Of a DNA stretch of 64,000 bases, positions 50,143-58,973 are shown piece by piece. The position numbers were made by a program, and so were the translations under genes. The notes beneath the pieces are model-generated. The model worked only from the letters and a program-made list of their open reading frames with translations, was not told the origin of the DNA and did no database searches. Within the stretch, counting starts at the first letter, position 1, and each line of letters starts with the position of its first letter. Where the stretch lies: contig CACFWO010000004.1 of NCBI GenBank assembly GCA_902570035.1, positions 22,144-86,143 of the forward strand, written 5' to 3'. Source of the DNA: an uncultured SAR86 cluster bacterium (GTDB lineage: Bacteria; Pseudomonadota; Gammaproteobacteria; Magnimaribacterales; AG-339-G14).

Positions 50143-50299
50143 ATCGAAGTTGAAGGGGTTCAGTGGGTTCTACTGATGCAGGCGATTGACCCGTCTCCCT
50201 GCAGGTGGCTGAGTTTCCTCAGTTCTTCTCACCCTTCTTCTTCTCATCTTTTACTTCTGTTTAATCGTCTCGAGTTAATTAAATTTAGTTAAAAGACTG
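50114..50299 (-). ncRNA. Candidate structured non-coding RNA (~185 nt), family unidentified
   Basis: GC-rich multi-hairpin core (50146-50243) in an AT-rich genome, with a GAAA tetraloop hairpin, a candidate promoter upstream and a terminator downstream. Confidence 0.65.
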
Positions 50300-50305
50300 A
50301 TATTT

Positions 50306-50333
50306 ATACTAATGATTTTTTTGTTTGATTCAA
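50306..50333 (-). promoter_or_regulatory. Candidate sigma70 promoter for the ncRNA
   Basis: Minus strand TTGAAT (50333-28), 16 bp, TAGTAT (50311-06), with an AT-rich upstream region. Confidence 0.45.
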
Positions 50334-50420
50334 TACCTAAAATGCACTTTTTAAGATTAATTTCTTATTAAAAAAGTTTTTTATATTTATATATAAGATA
50401 AAAAATAAATTGGTTAATTT

Positions 50421-50951
50421 TTAATCAATTATAGAAAAGATTTCTTCAATTGAGTCATATAAATTGAACATATTGAATGTTTTTTCATTAAAAAAACCTT
50501 CATCTTTTGCGTGCTTAAGAAATATTTTTAGTGAATCATAAAAGCCGTTCGTGTTTAGGATAAAAATTGGTTTATCTATAATGTGAAGTTGATTCCATGC
50601 CATGATTTCAAAGATCTCCTCATATGATCCGACTCCTCCTGGTAACAAAATAAAACAATCAGCAGCATCAGACATAAGTTGTTTTCTTTCATGCATGGTT
50701 TGAACAATTTTTAATTCCTGGATACTCTCATGGCCTGCCTCCATATCAAGCAGTCTTTCAGTAATAACTCCATAAACGTCACCTCCTTCAGAAAGACAGC
50801 CGTTTGCGAGCTCATTCATCAAGCCTACTCCTCCTCCTCCATAAACAAGTTTATGGTTTGAGATAGCAATTTGTTTACCTAATTCAAAGGCTGTTTCGGC
50901 ATAAACAGAATCCTTACCAATTGATGAACTTAGAAAGACGCAAATATTCAT
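50421..50951 (-). CDS. LOG family (TIGR00730) nucleotide phosphoribohydrolase
   Basis: ICVF, LVYGGG, GLM, MHERK and PGGVGSYEE. The real start is ATG 50951; the ORF track extends it into the tRNA. Confidence 0.92.
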   Translation of the reverse strand: MNICVFLSSSIGKDSVYAETAFELGKQIAISNHKLVYGGGGVGLMNELANGCLSEGGDVYGVITERLLDMEAGHESIQELKIVQTMHERKQLMSDAADCFILLPGGVGSYEEIFEIMAWNQLHIIDKPIFILNTNGFYDSLKIFLKHAKDEGFFNEKTFNMFNLYDSIEEIFSIID

Positions 50952-50959
50952 TTTTATAA

Positions 50960-51051
50960 TGGCGGAGGGGGTGGGATTCGAACCCACGAGGCCATTTCTG
51001 ACCTGCTGGTTTTCAAGACCAGTGCATTCAACCAGACTCTGCCACCCCTCC
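50960..51051 (-). tRNA. tRNA-Ser (anticodon TGA)
   Basis: GGAGGGGTGGCAGAGTCTGGTTGAATGCACTGGTCTTGAAAACCAGCAGGTCAGAAATGGCCTCGTGGGTTCGAATCCCACCCCCTCCGCCA: long variable arm, TTCGAAT loop and encoded CCA. Confidence 0.97.
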
Positions 51052-51143
51052 TTTTTGGTTTGCCTATTCTATATGAGTTTCAGAACGATGAAAGATTTTA
51101 CTCGGGGAAAGAATAAGAATTTGTATACCTATGGATTATTAGG

Positions 51144-51509
51144 TTATTCAAGGTCAATTGCATATTTTTTTAAAATCTTAATATCAATTATTGATGTAGA
51201 TTTTTGATGACTTTTTCTCAGATAGACCATAGGTGCTTTTCCTTTCTCGTATGCTTCAAGCCATCTATTTGCACAAACACACCATTTATCGCCTTCTTTT
51301 AACCCTGGGAAATCATATTCTGGCCTTGGAGTGGATAAATCGTTACCCATACTTTTTGAAAATTCTAAAAAATCATTTGTTATTAATGTACAAACTGTAT
51401 GCGTTCCAAAATCTAATTTATCTGTATTACAAAAACCATCTCTGTAGAAACCTGTTATTGGGTTTGTACAACATTCTTCTATGTCTTCATTAAATATATT
51501 TTTTTGCAT
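51144..51509 (-). CDS. DUF2237 family protein
   Basis: PITGFYRDGFC, GTHTVC, GNDLSTPRPE and GDKWCVCANRW. Confidence 0.92.
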   Translation of the reverse strand: MQKNIFNEDIEECCTNPITGFYRDGFCNTDKLDFGTHTVCTLITNDFLEFSKSMGNDLSTPRPEYDFPGLKEGDKWCVCANRWLEAYEKGKAPMVYLRKSHQKSTSIIDIKILKKYAIDLE

Positions 51510-51510
51510 T

Positions 51511-52167
51511 TTATATCCAAGATTGAAAATCTTTGAAATCGAAGTAATTGATTCCAGATTTACTTTTTATAGAATTGTTAACCACTTGCTTGGCAACCGC
51601 ATTAGCAGAGATGCTCCTAAATTTTTTAAGTGGTCCGTATAGAAGAGGATCTACAAATATTGATGCCATGTCTGCCAAAAGAATATCAAATCGATATTTA
51701 TTCCCTCTTAAATGTCCTGGTTGGAATATATTTGTAGAATCAAATCCAATATTAATTATTTCTTTCTCAACCATTCCCTTAGTTTTTAAATAATAATTCC
51801 AAGATTGGGAGTTAGCGCCAACTGCTGAAATAATCGATATATTTTTTGCTCCTGCATCTTTAGCTTTTTTTGCTATTTCAAGTTGATAAGTGAAATCTAC
51901 TAAGAATAAATTCTTCTTGAGGTTTTCATTCATGATCCCCATTACATTATGAAAGAAGAGCGGAAAACCTAGTGAAAGAAATACATGTTCTATTTGTGGA
52001 ATTTCTAATTCCGAAAGTTTTTTAAAATCTATAATCAGTTGTTCTGTATTCTTGGGTAAGGTATTAATCTTCCTTCTACTTAGAGCCAAAGTCTCATTTT
52101 GACAAAGGCTTAATTCGTCAAGAATTCTATTTCCTAAAAATCCTGTCGATCCAGCTAATAAATTCAT
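51511..52167 (-). CDS. NAD(P)-binding atypical SDR (YraR/TIP30-like)
   Basis: AGSTGFLG, VDF, SAVGAN, YLKTKG.E and QPG. Confidence 0.8.
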   Translation of the reverse strand: MNLLAGSTGFLGNRILDELSLCQNETLALSRRKINTLPKNTEQLIIDFKKLSELEIPQIEHVFLSLGFPLFFHNVMGIMNENLKKNLFLVDFTYQLEIAKKAKDAGAKNISIISAVGANSQSWNYYLKTKGMVEKEIINIGFDSTNIFQPGHLRGNKYRFDILLADMASIFVDPLLYGPLKKFRSISANAVAKQVVNNSIKSKSGINYFDFKDFQSWI

Positions 52168-52913
52168 CCCTGAATATCCTTCATTAAATTATCTGCAACC
52201 CAGCTTATCGACCAATTATGTCCCAATTTATTATTTTTATATGTACCAGGAAGTCTAGTAACTTTGCTTCCTACAATCTCAACGTTTTGTGGATCATAAT
52301 TAAGATTCTTAAAAGCACCATCCAATTTTTGAATTGTTCTCCATTCGAATAAAGAGGATTTTTTAGGTATTTGAGTAGGTGTTTTGTAATTACAGTTGAG
52401 AGAAAGACTTCCTAAACCTCTAAGAGGTGCTGCTATAGTATGAACTTCCAAAGGTAATTCACCTGTCCATTGCTCCATAAAAGATACGACTAATAAACCA
52501 CCATAGCTATGGCCAAATAAAACTACGTTTTGAATATTCTTATTGTTCTTCAATTTATCCTGTATAAATTCATTGAGTAAACTTACTGAAGGATTAACAC
52601 AAGAATTATCATCCCATCTAAAAAATGTGATTAAGTTTGTATCTGTATCTATAACTTCAAGAGGATATACCCATTCATATCCCCTGCTATTATTTCCATG
52701 GACTGAAACTACCAAAGTATCTTGATTATTATCATTAAGCTCTAATTCATGAAGACCATTAGGCATTGCCATCAATTTTAAGCCAGCTTCAAAAACATCA
52801 TTAGTTGATTTCAATAGATCTATATTTACTTCGTTATGCTTATTTATAGATCTATCATCCGAACAACTGATTGCCAGAAAAAATAAAGATAATTTAAATA
52901 AATTAATTTTCAT
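52164..52913 (-). CDS. Lipoprotein alpha/beta hydrolase
   Basis: AISC lipobox, VHG, GHSYG nucleophile elbow and a C-terminal GH. Confidence 0.75.
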   Translation of the reverse strand: MKINLFKLSLFFLAISCSDDRSINKHNEVNIDLLKSTNDVFEAGLKLMAMPNGLHELELNDNNQDTLVVSVHGNNSRGYEWVYPLEVIDTDTNLITFFRWDDNSCVNPSVSLLNEFIQDKLKNNKNIQNVVLFGHSYGGLLVVSFMEQWTGELPLEVHTIAAPLRGLGSLSLNCNYKTPTQIPKKSSLFEWRTIQKLDGAFKNLNYDPQNVEIVGSKVTRLPGTYKNNKLGHNWSISWVADNLMKDIQG

Positions 52914-52925
52914 AAAAATTTATGT

Positions 52926-53315
52926 CTATAATCTTTTTATTGCACATAATTTGTTTCCAGAAGGATCTCTTAAATAAGCTAAATAAATTTTAATATCATC
53001 GTATTGTCTTATTCCAGGTGGCTCTTCAATGGATACGCCGCCATTTTCTACACCAACCTTGTGCCATTCATTACCCATAGCTTCGTCTTTTATATTAAAA
53101 CCTATAGTGGATCCGTTCCCAGGTGTAGCAGGTTGATTATCTATTGGTTCAGAAATACAAAAGGTCATTCCTTCTAAAAAATAAAAATATCTTTTTTGAC
53201 CTGTTAAATTTGGAAACAACCTGCCTTCTTCTGCACCTAGGACTCCCATGACTTTGTCATAGAATTTTTTTGATTTTTCTATATTATTTGCTCCAACCAT
53301 AATATGACTAAACAT
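52926..53315 (-). CDS. VOC/glyoxalase family protein
   Basis: FSHIMVG, FYD, GNGSTIGF and AYLRDPSGNKLCA. Confidence 0.88.
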   Translation of the reverse strand: MFSHIMVGANNIEKSKKFYDKVMGVLGAEEGRLFPNLTGQKRYFYFLEGMTFCISEPIDNQPATPGNGSTIGFNIKDEAMGNEWHKVGVENGGVSIEEPPGIRQYDDIKIYLAYLRDPSGNKLCAIKRL

Positions 53316-53338
53316 AATTTCCTCCGAATTATTTGTAA

Positions 53339-54118
53339 TTACAATTTATACCAATCTAAATAAGATCCCATAACAGATGAGAATTCTTCTTGCTCTGATA
53401 GATAAAGTAAATGATTAATAGATTTAGGATAAGTATCTTTGATGTCTAAAGAAATAATATGGAATCCCTGATTTTTTAAAATTTCTTGATACTTCCCTTC
53501 ACGCAAAAATTGAGAAAAATCACAAACAAAGGAAATATCAGCCAAAGTTAAATCATCGCCTGAGATATATTCTGATTTAGATAGTGCTGATTCAATTCCA
53601 TCTAAATAAAATTCATAAGCTAACTTCATTCTGTCGTAAGTATATTTACTTAAAGATTCAATAGAGAGAATGTAGACTTGGTGCTCCCTAGAAAAAACTA
53701 AATTTGCATCTAAAAAACTGTCAATCCGTGAACTTAATGATGGATCGTTCTTACCGTAGAGAGAGTCAGAATTACCTAATCTCGCTACTGACCTCATAAT
53801 ACTGTTGGATTCAAAAACACCAACCTTATCATCACCAACAAAAGCTGCGGGAACAGTTCCAAATGGATGAGCTTCTAAAAATTCATCCGTCTTGTAAAGA
53901 TCTCCTGAAAATCCTCTTTTTCCTTTTCGAGCGTGTGGACTGACTGATTTTTCATCATCCGACAAAGCTTTAGCATCATAATCCCATAACCAATTAGCAA
54001 GATTCTTTGGTTTATCTCCTATTACTTCAACATCTACGTTTGCAAATTTTGCAGTAATTAAAGATTTCCAAACCCTCGGATTAGGTAGATAGGAAAAAAT
54101 TCTTATTTTTGAAGACAT
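53339..54118 (-). CDS. Glutathione S-transferase family protein
   Basis: NPR, PFGTVP, FESNSI and LTLADI motifs. Confidence 0.83.
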   Translation of the reverse strand: MSSKIRIFSYLPNPRVWKSLITAKFANVDVEVIGDKPKNLANWLWDYDAKALSDDEKSVSPHARKGKRGFSGDLYKTDEFLEAHPFGTVPAAFVGDDKVGVFESNSIMRSVARLGNSDSLYGKNDPSLSSRIDSFLDANLVFSREHQVYILSIESLSKYTYDRMKLAYEFYLDGIESALSKSEYISGDDLTLADISFVCDFSQFLREGKYQEILKNQGFHIISLDIKDTYPKSINHLLYLSEQEEFSSVMGSYLDWYKL

Positions 54119-54120
54119 AA

Positions 54121-54699
54121 TTATTTAAGTTGTTTAAGAAAAAAATGTTTGCGACACAATGAAACATAGGATTCATTGCCACCGATCATTATTTGATCGC
54201 CTTTTGTAATAATTTTTCCATCCTTTGAAACTCGAACAATCATAGTAGCTTTTCTTCCGCACCAGCATATTGTCTTAATTTCTTTAATGTTATCTGCCCA
54301 CGCTAAAAGAAATTTACTGCCTTCAAAAAGTTCCCCTCTAAAGTCAGTTCTAATACCAAATGTCAACACAGGAATATTTAAATTGTCTGCAATTTCAGAA
54401 AGTTGTTTGATTTGGTTTTTTTTTAAAAATTGTGCTTCGTCAACTAAGACACATGAAATGTTCTTTTTAGAATTTTCTACATGAAATAAATCTAATATAT
54501 TTGTACCCTCATCAAAAATTTTTGCTTTTTTAGTCAGCCCTATTCTAGAAGTAATATTGCCCTTGCCAGATCTATTATCTTTTTTTGATGTGATGAGGAG
54601 AGTATGCATCCCTCTTTCTTGATAATTATGACTAGCTTGGAGCAATGCCGTTGATTTACCAGCATTCATTGATGAATAATTAAAATATAATTTAGCCAA
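54121..54699 (-). CDS. tdk: Thymidine kinase
   Basis: MNAGKST, SRIG, VDEAQF, RTDFRG, CWCG and YVSLCRKH. Confidence 0.95.
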   Translation of the reverse strand: MAKLYFNYSSMNAGKSTALLQASHNYQERGMHTLLITSKKDNRSGKGNITSRIGLTKKAKIFDEGTNILDLFHVENSKKNISCVLVDEAQFLKKNQIKQLSEIADNLNIPVLTFGIRTDFRGELFEGSKFLLAWADNIKEIKTICWCGRKATMIVRVSKDGKIITKGDQIMIGGNESYVSLCRKHFFLKQLK

Positions 54700-54734
54700 G
54701 TCTAAAATGTTAAAAATACAATATAATTGAATTG

Positions 54735-55355
54735 ATGAGTTTTTACGAAAAAAAAATATTGCCTAAGGTTCTTGATTTGCTTTGCGGATCATCCCCTATT
54801 ATTTATCAGAGAAAAAAAATTGTTCCTAAAGTAAGTGGTAATGTTCTTGAAATTGGAATTGGTTCTGGCTTGAATCTTCCACACTACAACGTATCTAATA
54901 TAAGCAACATAACTGCTTTAGATCCTGCTGAAGAATTAACTGATATCGCAAAAAAAAGAATTTCTGAATTAGATCTTGATATCGATGTAATAAACTGTGG
55001 AGCTGAAGAAATCCCGCTAGAATCAAAATCCTTTGATTCAATACTTATTACTTATACCTTGTGCTCTATTGAAAACTTAGATGACTCAATGAAAGAAATA
55101 AGAAGAGTGCTTAAGGATGATGGAACTCTATTTTTTTGTGAACACGGAATTGCTCCAGACCTAAAAACAAAGAATTGGCAAAATAAAATTAATCCTATCT
55201 GGAAAAAACTAATGGGTGGATGCAATATCAATAGAGACATACCTGAAATAATTTCTAACTCAAAATTAGAAATAGTTGATCTTGAGACTATGTTTCTCCC
55301 AGGCACGCCTAGAATTGCGGGTTTTAATTATTGGGGCACAGCCAAAACCAATTAG
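54735..55355 (+). CDS. Class I SAM-dependent methyltransferase
   Basis: [27 protein letters not shown] and GGCNINR. Confidence 0.88.
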   Translation: MSFYEKKILPKVLDLLCGSSPIIYQRKKIVPKVSGNVLEIGIGSGLNLPHYNVSNISNITALDPAEELTDIAKKRISELDLDIDVINCGAEEIPLESKSFDSILITYTLCSIENLDDSMKEIRRVLKDDGTLFFCEHGIAPDLKTKNWQNKINPIWKKLMGGCNINRDIPEIISNSKLEIVDLETMFLPGTPRIAGFNYWGTAKTN

Positions 55356-55357
55356 AT

Positions 55358-55738
55358 TCAATAAGTCAGACATCTATATGTAATTTGGCTTTTATGTTTT
55401 CCTGAATCGAATATTTCTTTTATTTCTCCTTTTTCAATATCCAGCATCAAATTCCAATTTCCATAAGAATTATTTAAATTTGAAATTTTCTTGTTAGCTT
55501 TTATAAATTTTTTACTCTTTCCTGTAATTTTGTATTTCAAAGGTGTTAACTTAAATTTTTGAGGATATTTTAAAATTTCATTTTTTTTAAAATCTATTTC
55601 ATAAATTAATACCATCCTGGTCTGATCGATGGTTTTTTTTCCTTTTTCGTAATGAATACTTTGAACATTCTCACAATTTAATTTCATATCCATTGACAAA
55701 AGTGTGGGCGCAAATAAAAGAAAAATTAAATATTTCAT
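55358..55738 (-). CDS. Hypothetical secreted protein
   Basis: Signal peptide and a Cys near each end of the mature chain; translationally coupled to the SDR. Confidence 0.6.
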   Translation of the reverse strand: MKYLIFLLFAPTLLSMDMKLNCENVQSIHYEKGKKTIDQTRMVLIYEIDFKKNEILKYPQKFKLTPLKYKITGKSKKFIKANKKISNLNNSYGNWNLMLDIEKGEIKEIFDSGKHKSQITYRCLTY

Positions 55739-56514
55739 TAGAATAAGGATGAAGAATTACCTCCATCCACTGAAATATTTTGACCTGAAATATATGAAGC
55801 TTGTTCGGAGCATAAAAAGCATACAATGCTAGCAAATTCTTCTACTGTTCCCATTCGTCCAGCAGAAAGTTGTTTTTCCATTGAATCTTTAGCTTCTTCA
55901 AAAGATACCTTCATCAATTCTGATTGCATTTCAATTATTTGAGTTTGTCTGTCTGTATCAATTCTTTCAGGGAGAACATTATTGATGGTTATATTATGTT
56001 TAGCTACATCTCTTGATAAGGCTTTGGATATCCCGTGAAGGCCTGATCTTGCGCTGGTTGATAATCCCAACAGAATATTTGGATTTTTTACCATAGCAGA
56101 TGTGATATTAACTATTCTGCCAAATTTTCTTTTTTTCATGCCAGGAATTACATCCTGCATAAATAATGTAGAAGATAAAAAATTTGATTTAAAAGCATCA
56201 ATGAAATCAGACTCGGTCCAGTCATAGAAATTCCCTGGAGGGGGGCCACCGGAATTATTAATAAGTATGTCTGGATCAGTACACTTTTCTAAAAGTCCCT
56301 TTCTTGTATCTTCATCTTCAATTTTTCCTAAGACATAATCGACAATAAAACCAGCTTGAGTGAATTCTTTCACTGTCTGTTCTAGAGATTTTTCGTTTAC
56401 TCCGTTAAGGAATATTTTGACTCCCTCTTTTGCAAGAGACCAAGCGCAGGCTTTCCCTAGACCTCTGCTTGATGCCGGAATAATTGCTTTTTTATCAATT
56501 AATCCAAAATCCAA
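55738..56514 (-). CDS. SDR family oxidoreductase
   Basis: ASSRGLG, NNSGGPPPG, SxxxR variant of the YxxxK motif, and YISGQ..VDGG. Confidence 0.88.
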   Translation of the reverse strand: MDFGLIDKKAIIPASSRGLGKACAWSLAKEGVKIFLNGVNEKSLEQTVKEFTQAGFIVDYVLGKIEDEDTRKGLLEKCTDPDILINNSGGPPPGNFYDWTESDFIDAFKSNFLSSTLFMQDVIPGMKKRKFGRIVNITSAMVKNPNILLGLSTSARSGLHGISKALSRDVAKHNITINNVLPERIDTDRQTQIIEMQSELMKVSFEEAKDSMEKQLSAGRMGTVEEFASIVCFLCSEQASYISGQNISVDGGNSSSLF

Positions 56515-57486
56515 TTAGACGCCCTCAGAATTACCAAATGTAGCTGTAATATCTGGTCCCCATTGCATTCCTGCAGCTTCTGAAATATCTATTATTCCTG
56601 GCTTAACTTTATTATCAAATAAATCTCCATCAGTTTGATGCTCATGTACATGACCGTATGGAGAACGCCAATAATCAAAAATTTGACTGCCTGCAAAATG
56701 GCGTCCTATCCCCCACTCATGTCTATAACTTTTTTCCTTAAGAACCTCATGACCTAAAAAAATGTCATCCACTTCAACGACTTCATAGGCGCAATGATTG
56801 AAACCACTTTTAAGATCCGATGAAAGATTACTTTGTAGAAGAAAAGAATGATGATCAGTTAATTTATTTCCTAGATCACATCTACAAAAAAGTGCTACAT
56901 AAATACCAGAGCCTTTACCGAGTTCTACCTTGTCAGAAGGTATAAGACCTAAATGTTTGTTATACCAATCAAAAGAAACCGATGGATCATTAACATTGAT
57001 TGCAAGATGACCTAGTTTTTTTATTTTTGAACTTCGAGGTTTGCCAACCCTTCTTGGTTGATTTTTTCTTGGACTAGTTTCTTTGCCTATACCGCCAGAA
57101 TTAAATGGTTCTGCAACGAGATCTTTCTTATTAAATTTTTTCGTTTTCATGCCAAATATCACTTCTACTTTTAGACCATCCGGATCCAAGGCTTCAACTA
57201 CAAAACCACCTCCAGGTGATTTTAATTTTTTAACTTCACTAAAATCTTCTGTTTTAGATAATTTGTTTAAGTCGTTCATAGATTTTGCATAAAAAGCAGA
57301 TCCGATAAATTTCTTTTTTCCTTTGATCGTCTTATGAATAAATTTATGCGGCCCTAGACCTTGCATATAAAGCTCAGTACTAGTCTTTTTTGTAGTAACT
57401 AATCCAAAATCTTTAAGAAATGCTTCTTGTTTATTTAAACTTGGTACTTGCAAAATAGGATATGCAACATCTATAACTTTAATCAT
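56515..57486 (-). CDS. Two-domain VOC extradiol-type dioxygenase (trihydroxytoluene oxygenase-like)
   Basis: LGH, DHH, FNHCAYEV and WGIGRHFAGSQIFDYWRSPYGHVHEH..DGD. Confidence 0.8.
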   Translation of the reverse strand: MIKVIDVAYPILQVPSLNKQEAFLKDFGLVTTKKTSTELYMQGLGPHKFIHKTIKGKKKFIGSAFYAKSMNDLNKLSKTEDFSEVKKLKSPGGGFVVEALDPDGLKVEVIFGMKTKKFNKKDLVAEPFNSGGIGKETSPRKNQPRRVGKPRSSKIKKLGHLAINVNDPSVSFDWYNKHLGLIPSDKVELGKGSGIYVALFCRCDLGNKLTDHHSFLLQSNLSSDLKSGFNHCAYEVVEVDDIFLGHEVLKEKSYRHEWGIGRHFAGSQIFDYWRSPYGHVHEHQTDGDLFDNKVKPGIIDISEAAGMQWGPDITATFGNSEGV

Positions 57487-57509
57487 GTTTTTATTCTAAA
57501 ATATTTTAA

Positions 57510-58973
57510 ATGTCAGACAAAATTTTTGATATTGGAATTATTGGTTACGGTCCGGTTGGTGCAACTTTATCTGGCTTGCTATCATCACTTGGGCTTAGTG
57601 TGGTAGTTATAGATAAAAATAAAGGAGTTAGTCCAACAGCTAGAGCAATAAATACAGATTCTGAGCAACTTAGAACGTTTAATTTTCTCAATATTACAAC
57701 TGAAGTAATTGCTAATTCAAGAAAATTAAAAAAAGTACATTTTACAGATTCAGAGTTCAATCCATATTCAACGATTGATATTCCAGAAAAGGATAAATTA
57801 GGATGGCCCCCTACTCTTCTTTTTTATCAGCCAGAGCTAGAGACCATAATTAGAAGTAATAATCTAAACTACAAAAATTTAAAAATATTGGAAAATGCCG
57901 AGGCAGTAAATATTCAAAACACTAACCCTGTTCAGATAGATATTAAAAATAATAGAAAAGATTCAACAGTTTATTGTAAATATCTTGTAGGTTGTGACGG
58001 AGCAAATAGTTTTGTTAGGAAATATATTAAAGCAAAGTTAATTGATTTTGGTTTTGATCAAGATTGGATTGTTATTGATGCTCATACAACAAAGCAAATA
58101 GATATTTCAAAAGATGAAGCTAAGCAAATATGTGATCCAAATCGATTAAAGACATATGTTCCTGGCAGGAGAAATCACAAAAGATTTGAATTCAAACTTC
58201 TTAAGGGAGAAACAAAAAAAGACTTCTCTAATAAAAAAATATGGGAGCTTTTGTCTCCTTGGATAAATAAAAATAACAGCAAAATAGAAAGAGCAGTAGT
58301 TTATAAATTTCATGCCTGTATCGCAGATAAGTGGAGAGATAAAAATATATTTATTGCAGGCGATGCTGCACATCAAATGCCTCCGTTTCTTGGTGCTGGA
58401 ATGGGGACAGGTATAAGAGACGCATTTAATTTAGCATGGAAAATTTATTTGATAATAAAAGGCATGGCTGAAGAGAACCTTCTAGAAACCTATCAACAAG
58501 AGAGAGAACCTCATGCAAATTGGACTATTCAACAGGCAAAACTAATTGGCCAAATGATGGAGCAATTTTCATACAGAGAAAAGGGAGAAAAATATGTACC
58601 CTCTAGCAAAGGTTATGGTGAAGTTTTCCCTCACTTGACCAAAGGATATTATGGTGATCCATCTGATGGACTTATCGCAACTCCATTTTGTAGATTTGAT
58701 TTAGATCATTCCGGTAAAGATAGCGATGAATATTTTGGGTGGAATTTTGGATTGATTTCCAAAAAAAAATTACCGAAAGAAATAAACTTAATTTTAAAGA
58801 AAATGAATATTAAAGTTCTTTCAGTCAACGATAATAAACTTAAAAATTATTTCAAGGAAGCAAACTACTTATTAATAAGACCAGATAAATACTTATTTTC
58901 TCGGTCGAAAACCAACTCTGATTTAAAGAAAGCTTTAAGTGAATTAGAAAACCAATTTTCTCTAATTACATAA
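57510..58973 (+). CDS. FAD-dependent aromatic hydroxylase (MhpA-like)
   Basis: GYGPVG, YQPELE, GCDGANS, AGDAAHQMPPFLGAGMGTGIRDAFNLAWK and LIRPDKY. Confidence 0.88.
   Translation: MSDKIFDIGIIGYGPVGATLSGLLSSLGLSVVVIDKNKGVSPTARAINTDSEQLRTFNFLNITTEVIANSRKLKKVHFTDSEFNPYSTIDIPEKDKLGWPPTLLFYQPELETIIRSNNLNYKNLKILENAEAVNIQNTNPVQIDIKNNRKDSTVYCKYLVGCDGANSFVRKYIKAKLIDFGFDQDWIVIDAHTTKQIDISKDEAKQICDPNRLKTYVPGRRNHKRFEFKLLKGETKKDFSNKKIWELLSPWINKNNSKIERAVVYKFHACIADKWRDKNIFIAGDAAHQMPPFLGAGMGTGIRDAFNLAWKIYLIIKGMAEENLLETYQQEREPHANWTIQQAKLIGQMMEQFSYREKGEKYVPSSKGYGEVFPHLTKGYYGDPSDGLIATPFCRFDLDHSGKDSDEYFGWNFGLISKKKLPKEINLILKKMNIKVLSVNDNKLKNYFKEANYLLIRPDKYLFSRSKTNSDLKKALSELENQFSLIT

Noticed and set aside
50103-50300. 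T-box riboswitch, Trp attenuator or 6S RNA as the identity of the RNA upstream of trpS
   Set aside because: There is no T-box antiterminator consensus, no Trp codon in the small ORF, and no long 5'/3' rod with a central bubble.
50421-51143. tRNA-Ser as a genomic island attachment site
   Set aside because: I saw no integrase and no duplicated tRNA 3' end in the window.
50959-51207. 82-aa ORF MAEGVGFEPT... and the 12-aa N-terminal extension of the LOG ORF
   Set aside because: These are translations of the tRNA-Ser gene (antisense and sense), a well-known artefact.
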